From: Gemmatimonadota bacterium
GTDB lineage: Bacteria; Gemmatimonadota; Gemmatimonadetes; Longimicrobiales; Gaopeijiaceae
Direction: 5' to 3'
DNA: 64,000 nt
Assembly (NCBI GenBank): GCA_034521595.1
Contig: JAXHMG010000003.1
Span: forward strand, 672,001 to 736,000
The notes under the pieces were generated by a model. That model did no database searches and was not told the DNA's origin. It saw only the letters and a list, made by a program, of their open reading frames with translations. Of the stretch, positions 58,637-64,000 are shown in pieces (the stretch's first letter is position 1; the number at the start of each line of letters is the position of its first letter). Position numbers and translations under genes: made by a program.

Positions 58637-59641
58637 TCAGAGTCGGAATCCTCCCATGAAGTCCGAGCCCATTCGGCGCGCCGCGTCCCCGATGACGTCC
58701 AGGAAGTCCCGGGCCTCCTCGGAGTATGCACGCGCGGCGTCGCGGAGGTCTTCGTCGTAGGCCGGATTCGGCTCGGCATGACGCGGGTAGTCACCTCGCA
58801 CGATCCGGTCGTAATCGCCGGACTCGATCCAGTTCCTGATCTCTCCGAGCCGGAGCACGTAGAAGGGGTGGGTTTGGAAGGCGAGGTTGAGCACCTTGAA
58901 GACCTGGTCCGCCACGTCCCCGCTGTGCCGGTACTCTTCAGCCTGCGCGATGAAGTCTTCCAGGTTGGTCTCGTCTCGCTTGCCCCCACCCGTCATCGTC
59001 AACATCGACCGCATCACGACTTCGGGGTCCTGTACGGCGAGGAGCCCGGCCCGGTCCGCGGAGAGCTCCGCCTTGCGCGACCATTCCAGCAGGCCGATGA
59101 GCACCGTCCGCGCGGCGAGTCCGACGATCGGAAAGCCCATCTTCGCGAGGTTGATCAGGAGCACCGTCATCGTGCGATAAAGCACGTGATCGCTCAGGAT
59201 GTGCCCGACCTCGTGGCCGAGCACGTAGGAGAGCTCCTCGTCGTCGAGCAGCCGGACCGTTCCCGAGTTGAGGAGGATGAACGGCTCTTCCATCCCGTAA
59301 GCACCGGCGTTGACCAGCGGTGTCTGCGAGATGAACAGAGGGTACTCCCGCGGTGCGTCGAGCGTTCTCAAGGATTCACGGTAGAGGCCGTGCACGTGGC
59401 CGAACTGCGTGGGGCTCACGCGGATCGCGTTGGCCTGAAACGCCAGGCGGATCGGTTTCTCACCGAAGAAGCCGAAGACCCGCTTGAGGACCTCGTCGAA
59501 GACCGGAATGCGTCGGAGCGCTTGAAGTGCCGCCCGATCCGCCGGGTGCTCCCACGCGCGCGGGGCGATGTCGTCGAGCGTGCGTCGGTTCTCACCCGGC
59601 CCGGATCGGGGTGCTTCGGTCGGGCCCTGGTCGTCGGTCAT
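58637..59641 (-). CDS. M48 family zinc metalloprotease
   Basis: [25 protein letters not shown]. Confidence 0.9.
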   Translation of the reverse strand: MTDDQGPTEAPRSGPGENRRTLDDIAPRAWEHPADRAALQALRRIPVFDEVLKRVFGFFGEKPIRLAFQANAIRVSPTQFGHVHGLYRESLRTLDAPREYPLFISQTPLVNAGAYGMEEPFILLNSGTVRLLDDEELSYVLGHEVGHILSDHVLYRTMTVLLINLAKMGFPIVGLAARTVLIGLLEWSRKAELSADRAGLLAVQDPEVVMRSMLTMTGGGKRDETNLEDFIAQAEEYRHSGDVADQVFKVLNLAFQTHPFYVLRLGEIRNWIESGDYDRIVRGDYPRHAEPNPAYDEDLRDAARAYSEEARDFLDVIGDAARRMGSDFMGGFRL

Positions 59642-59678
59642 GGTGTCCTCTTCCGGCTGGGATCGTCGTGACGCAGGA

Positions 59679-59708
59679 CCTTACGGGGTCGCCCACGCAC
59701 CGGTTTCA
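59679..59708 (-). promoter_or_regulatory. ECF (SigW-type) promoter upstream of the M48 protease
   Basis: Minus strand TGAAAC-N17-CGTAAGG. Confidence 0.65.
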
Positions 59709-59732
59709 CCCATCCTTCCGCGGCCGCACGCT

Positions 59733-60896
59733 TCATCCGAGAACCCGCTCGAGGTCCTCCAGGACGTCGTCGATATCCTCGATTCCCACTGAAAGGCGCA
59801 CGAGCCCGGGCGTCAGCCCCATCTCCGCGCGACGCTCCTCGGGGACCGACGCGTGGGTCATGAGCGCCGGCACGCTGATCAACGATTCCACTCCGCCCAG
59901 GCTTTCAGCGAGGGAGAATACCCGTAGGTGCTCCGTAAGGGCCCGCGCCCTCTCCAGGGTGCCCACGTCCACCGACACCATGCCGGTGAAGCCGCGCATC
60001 TGTCGCTTCGCCAAGTCGTGCTGGGGGTGGGACTCCAGGCCGGGATAGAGCACCCGATCCACGGCGGCGTGTGCTTCCAGGTAACGTGCGACGGCCATGC
60101 CGTTCTCGTTGTGCTGGCGCATCCGCACGTGAAGGGTCTTGGCGCCGCGGAGGGTGAGCCAGCAGTCCATGGGGCCCGGCACGGCGCCCGTCGCCTTGCG
60201 GATGAAGAACAGCTCTTCGGCGAGCGCCTCGTCCCGGACGGCCACGAGTCCACCGATGACGTCCGAGTGACCGTTCACGTATTTCGTGGCGGAGTGCACC
60301 GAAAAGTCGGCCCCCAGCTCCAACGGCCGCTGGTTGTAGGGGGACGCGAACGTGTTGTCCACGGAGAGGAGCGCTCCCGCGTCGTGGGCGACGTCGGCCA
60401 GAGCGCGGATGTCGCTCACGCGCATCATGGGGTTCGTCGGAGTCTCCACGTGCACCAGCTTGGTTTCGGGACGAATCGCTTCGGTGACGGCGTTCACGTC
60501 TCGCGAATCCACGTATGTGAATTCGATCCCGAGGCGGCTGAGGACGTGATTGAACATGCGGGTCGTGCCCCCGTACGTGTTCTCCTCGCTCACCACGTGA
60601 TCGCCGGCCGAAAGGCGCTTCAACACCGCCTCGATCGCGGCGAGTCCGGAGGCGAACGCGATCCCCCGGCTTCCCCCTTCGAGCGAGGCGATGTTCGCCT
60701 CGAGTGCTTCCCGGGTAGGGTTGGCCGTCCTCCCGTAGTCGTACGACCCTTCGCGCGGCTGCCCGACGGCGGGCTGCACGTACGTCGAGGTCTGGAAGAT
60801 CGGAGCCATGATGGCGCCGGTGACGGGCTCGGGCCGGGCGCCCGCGTGGATGGCCAAGGTGTCGAAGCGGAAGCCGGCGAGCGGCGGATCGCCCAT
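59733..60896 (-). CDS. Cystathionine gamma-synthase/gamma-lyase family
   Basis: YGRTANPTR, ETPTNP, DNTFASP, HSATKYVNGHSD, SLGGVESL. Confidence 0.92.
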   Translation of the reverse strand: MGDPPLAGFRFDTLAIHAGARPEPVTGAIMAPIFQTSTYVQPAVGQPREGSYDYGRTANPTREALEANIASLEGGSRGIAFASGLAAIEAVLKRLSAGDHVVSEENTYGGTTRMFNHVLSRLGIEFTYVDSRDVNAVTEAIRPETKLVHVETPTNPMMRVSDIRALADVAHDAGALLSVDNTFASPYNQRPLELGADFSVHSATKYVNGHSDVIGGLVAVRDEALAEELFFIRKATGAVPGPMDCWLTLRGAKTLHVRMRQHNENGMAVARYLEAHAAVDRVLYPGLESHPQHDLAKRQMRGFTGMVSVDVGTLERARALTEHLRVFSLAESLGGVESLISVPALMTHASVPEERRAEMGLTPGLVRLSVGIEDIDDVLEDLERVLG

Positions 60897-61088
60897 GTCG
60901 AGAATCCTGATGCGGGAGTGATGTGTGTGCGACGATGGTCGAATCTAGTGTCGCATGGCCGACCTCGCATGGCATCTGCGCAGTCCGAAGTCCCTGTACC
61001 CGCTGGCGCTACATTGACGCTGTGCCGGGCCGAGCGCGAAGTTCGGTCGATGGTCCGGATCCCCCGGGCCGCTCGCAGCGTTCCCGGG

Positions 61089-62483
61089 ATGCCCGTTTTG
61101 CCGATCGAACTTCCATCCGACCTCATGGTGAGCGTGTCCGGCGTCCGTGGCCGTGTGGGGGCTCCCCTCACGCCCGACCTGATGGCCGGAATCGCCGCCG
61201 CGTTCGGGGGCTACATGACCCATGGAAGCCCCGGAGCCCCGATCTTCGTGGGCCGGGATTCGAGGACGTCGGGTCCGATGTTCACTCGTGCGGTAGTGGC
61301 CGGCTTGCAGTCAGCCGGCTGTGCGGTGGTGGACCTCGGGGTGGTGCCGACGCCTACCCTTCTGCTCGCCGTGGAGGAACGGGGTGGGGCCGGAGGGCTC
61401 GGGATCACGGCCAGTCACAATCCCGCGGAGTGGAATGCGCTCAAGCTGGTTTCTGATGAGGGCATCTTTCTGGACGCCGATCGCTCCGAGGACTTCCTCG
61501 CGTATTTGCGAGGGACGGACCCGCCCCGCGCCACGTGGGACCGGCTCGGCGACGTGACCGAGGATCGGGACGCGTGGGCGCGGCACCTGCAACGAATTCT
61601 CGAAGTCGCCGTTCTGGACGTGGACCGCATCCGGAAGGGGCACTTCCGGGTGGCGGTGGACTGCGTGCACGGTGCCGGCGGCCCCCCTATGCGGGCCCTC
61701 CTGGAGGCCCTCGGCTGCGAGGTCGTCGGTCTCGGAATGGAGCCGGACGGGCGCTTCCCGAGGGATCCCGAGCCCACGGCCGAGAATCTGAGCGAGCTCG
61801 GTGCGCTCGTGCGGGATTCGGGAGCCGCGATCGGGTTGGGCATCGACCCGGACGTCGATCGCCTCTCACTCGTGGACGAGACGGGCACGCCCATGGGCGA
61901 GGACCTCACCCTGGCGTTGGCTTCCGCGGCGGTGCTGTCACGCACGCCCGGGCCCGTCGTGACGAACTTTTCCACCAGCCAGGTGGTGGAGGACGTGGCC
62001 CGCTCGTTCGACGTGCCCGTCGTGCGAGCCCCGGTGGGTGAGGTGAACGTTGCCCGCCGGATGCAGGCCGAAGGCGCGGTCGTGGGGGGCGAAGGGAACG
62101 GGGGCGTCATCCTCTCGGCGCTCCACCATACCCGGGATGCTCCCCTTGCGGCTGCTCTCGTGCTCCAGCACTTGGCGGACGAGGAGGCGTCGGCGTCCGA
62201 TCTCGCCGCGCGCTGGCCGACGTATACGATCGTGAAGGAAAAGGTGTCGTTCCCGCGGGATTCGCTGGGCGCCGCGTACCGAGTTCTGGAGGAGGATCTG
62301 GAGGCCGACACGCGGGACGACGCGGATGGCCTCCGACTTGCATGGCCGGGGCGTAGCGCATGGCTGCATGTTCGACCCTCGGGCACCGAGCCCGTCGTGC
62401 GCCTCATCGCCGAAGCCTCGGATCCGTCAGGCGCGCGTGCTCTCGTGCGCCGCGCGTCGGAGCTGCTGGCCGGTGTGCGCTGA
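61089..62483 (+). CDS. glmM: Phosphoglucosamine mutase (alpha-D-phosphohexomutase family)
   Basis: SGVRG, TASHNP, DPDVDR, GEGNGG, RPSGTEP; adjacent to glmS; start uncertain (61089 or 61098). Confidence 0.85.
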   Translation: MPVLPIELPSDLMVSVSGVRGRVGAPLTPDLMAGIAAAFGGYMTHGSPGAPIFVGRDSRTSGPMFTRAVVAGLQSAGCAVVDLGVVPTPTLLLAVEERGGAGGLGITASHNPAEWNALKLVSDEGIFLDADRSEDFLAYLRGTDPPRATWDRLGDVTEDRDAWARHLQRILEVAVLDVDRIRKGHFRVAVDCVHGAGGPPMRALLEALGCEVVGLGMEPDGRFPRDPEPTAENLSELGALVRDSGAAIGLGIDPDVDRLSLVDETGTPMGEDLTLALASAAVLSRTPGPVVTNFSTSQVVEDVARSFDVPVVRAPVGEVNVARRMQAEGAVVGGEGNGGVILSALHHTRDAPLAAALVLQHLADEEASASDLAARWPTYTIVKEKVSFPRDSLGAAYRVLEEDLEADTRDDADGLRLAWPGRSAWLHVRPSGTEPVVRLIAEASDPSGARALVRRASELLAGVR

Positions 62484-62519
62484 CTGAATCGAGAGCGACC
62501 TGCTTAGGAGTCAACCATT

Positions 62520-64000
62520 ATGTGTGGTATCGTCGGTTACGTGGGTTCCAAGGACGCTACGGACATTCTCGTGCAGGGGCTGAAGCGGCTGGAATACCGG
62601 GGGTACGATTCGTCCGGTGTAGCGCTTCTCAACGGCACGGACTCGGTGCACATCACGAAGAGGCCGGGGAAGATTCGGACGCTCGAAGACGCACTGCGAT
62701 CTGCACCGGTTCTTGCGACATGCGGGATCGCGCATACCCGGTGGGCCACCCACGGCGCGCCCAACGAGCCCAACGCCCACCCTCATGTGTCCAACGACGG
62801 TCGTATCGCGCTGGTGCACAACGGCATCATCGAGAATGCCGACGTGCTCAAGACACACCTGATGCAGGAAGGCTACACGTTCACCTCGGATACGGATACG
62901 GAGGTGGTGGTCCACCTCATCGACCATCTGTGGGTGGACGGGATGCCTCTCGAAGACGCGGTCGCCGCGGCGCTCCGCGAGATCGACGGCGCTTACGGCA
63001 TCGCGGTCATTTCCTCCCGGGACCCCGAGAAGATCGTGGTCGCGCGGAACGGAAGCCCTCTCCTCATCGGTGTGGGACGGAACGGCGAGATGCTCGCGGG
63101 CTCGGACGCGGCGGCCGTGGTGGCCCACACGCGCGACGTCGTCTACTTGGACGACGGCGACTACGCGGTCCTGGAACCCAATGGGTACCGGACCTACCGG
63201 CTCGAGGGCACCGAAGTCACACGTCACGTGCACGAGGTGACCTGGGATCTGGACGCGATCGAGAAGGGCGGCTACGAGCACTTCATGCTCAAGGAGATCT
63301 GCGAGCAGCCGTCGAGCCTCCGCGACGTCATGCGGGGCCGGCTTCTCGAGGACGAGGGCGATGCCCGGCTCGGCGGGATCGCCCAGCACCAGTTCCAACT
63401 CGGACAGGTCCGCCGGATGGTGATCACCGCCTGTGGCACGAGCTGGCACGCGGGTCTGGTCGGCGAGTACATGCTGGAGGACTTCGCGCGGATACCCGTC
63501 ACGGTCGAGTACGCGTCCGAGTTTCGTTACCGGAACCCGGTGCTCGAAGAGGGCACCCTCGCGCTCGCGATCAGCCAGTCCGGTGAGACCGCCGATACGT
63601 TGGCGGCGCTCAAGGAGGCAGCGCACCGTGGGATCACCACCATGGGCATCGTGAACGCGGTCGGTTCGACCATCGCGCGCGATACCGATTTCGGCATGTA
63701 CCTCCACGCCGGCCCGGAGATCGGTGTGGCTTCGACCAAGGCGTTCACCAGCCAGATCGTGGCGCTCGCGCTCTTCACGCTGTACATGGGGCGCCGTCGT
63801 CACCTCTCCGTCCTGCAGGGCCGCGAGATGGTGGAGGCTCTCCAGGCGCTCCCCGGGCAGGTCGAGGAGGTGCTCGAGCTGAATGACGAGATCCGCGAGC
63901 TCGCCGAGGCGTACCAGACGGCCCGCAACTTCCTGTATCTGGGACGGGGTTATCAGTTCCCCGTCGCGCTCGAGGGAGCCTTGAAGCTGAAGGAAGTGAG
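62520..64000 (+). CDS. glmS: Glutamine-fructose-6-phosphate aminotransferase (3'-truncated by window edge)
   Basis: ATG 62520 reads MCGIVGY..LEYRGYDS..HTRWATHG..HNGIIEN..SQSGETADT; not in the ORF track because it runs off the window. Confidence 0.96.
   Translation, partial: MCGIVGYVGSKDATDILVQGLKRLEYRGYDSSGVALLNGTDSVHITKRPGKIRTLEDALRSAPVLATCGIAHTRWATHGAPNEPNAHPHVSNDGRIALVHNGIIENADVLKTHLMQEGYTFTSDTDTEVVVHLIDHLWVDGMPLEDAVAAALREIDGAYGIAVISSRDPEKIVVARNGSPLLIGVGRNGEMLAGSDAAAVVAHTRDVVYLDDGDYAVLEPNGYRTYRLEGTEVTRHVHEVTWDLDAIEKGGYEHFMLKEICEQPSSLRDVMRGRLLEDEGDARLGGIAQHQFQLGQVRRMVITACGTSWHAGLVGEYMLEDFARIPVTVEYASEFRYRNPVLEEGTLALAISQSGETADTLAALKEAAHRGITTMGIVNAVGSTIARDTDFGMYLHAGPEIGVASTKAFTSQIVALALFTLYMGRRRHLSVLQGREMVEALQALPGQVEEVLELNDEIRELAEAYQTARNFLYLGRGYQFPVALEGALKLKEV

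Noticed and set aside
45322-60896. Two trans-sulfuration paralogs and an M16 active/inactive pair as novelty
   Set aside because: Both arrangements are common in bacteria; substrate specificity cannot be assigned by eye.
59928-61088. N-terminal extensions in the ORF track (851-aa glmM; also lepA, moaC, purD, holB, envC and the 4112-start ORF)
   Set aside because: Open frames run through neighbouring genes or intergenic DNA; homology-like sequence begins at the downstream starts given, so these are not real fusions.
62484-62519. Possible glmS ribozyme
   Set aside because: Only 36 nt separate glmM and glmS, too short, and no core motif is seen.

Overview
GC-rich bacterial chromosome segment with about 57 densely packed CDSs and no rRNA, tRNA, CRISPR array, prophage or autonomous transposase that I can see. 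The gene content is diderm (LPS heptosyltransferase, SurA, beta-barrel proteins), and the gene order and protein styles suggest Gemmatimonadota (inference only). Most genes are housekeeping or envelope genes: etfA, moeA, moaC, dacB, fur/perR, acs, guaB, mltD-like, holB, ftsEX-envC, pdxA, surA, mfd, lepA, waaF, mrp, an ECF sigma/anti-sigma operon, ubiE/menG, an M16 protease pair, mutM, purD, glmM and glmS. The most interesting locus is 7698-10600: a GAF-like/TPR protein, a convergent 45-aa secreted (lipo)peptide carrying two copies of HSPDPG, and a divergent pseudo-receiver-AraC regulator. This layout looks like an undescribed peptide-signalling (RRNPP-like) cassette. Other signals read from the DNA: a repeated SigW-type promoter (GAAAC-N17-CGTA) defining a small ECF regulon, a ~275-bp MITE with perfect terminal inverted repeats at the moaC stop codon, a structured guaB leader, a sigma54-type promoter, a perfect 40-bp palindrome, an in-frame-deleted ybjQ and a NifU remnant. 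All functional calls come from motif recognition by eye; no database searches were run.
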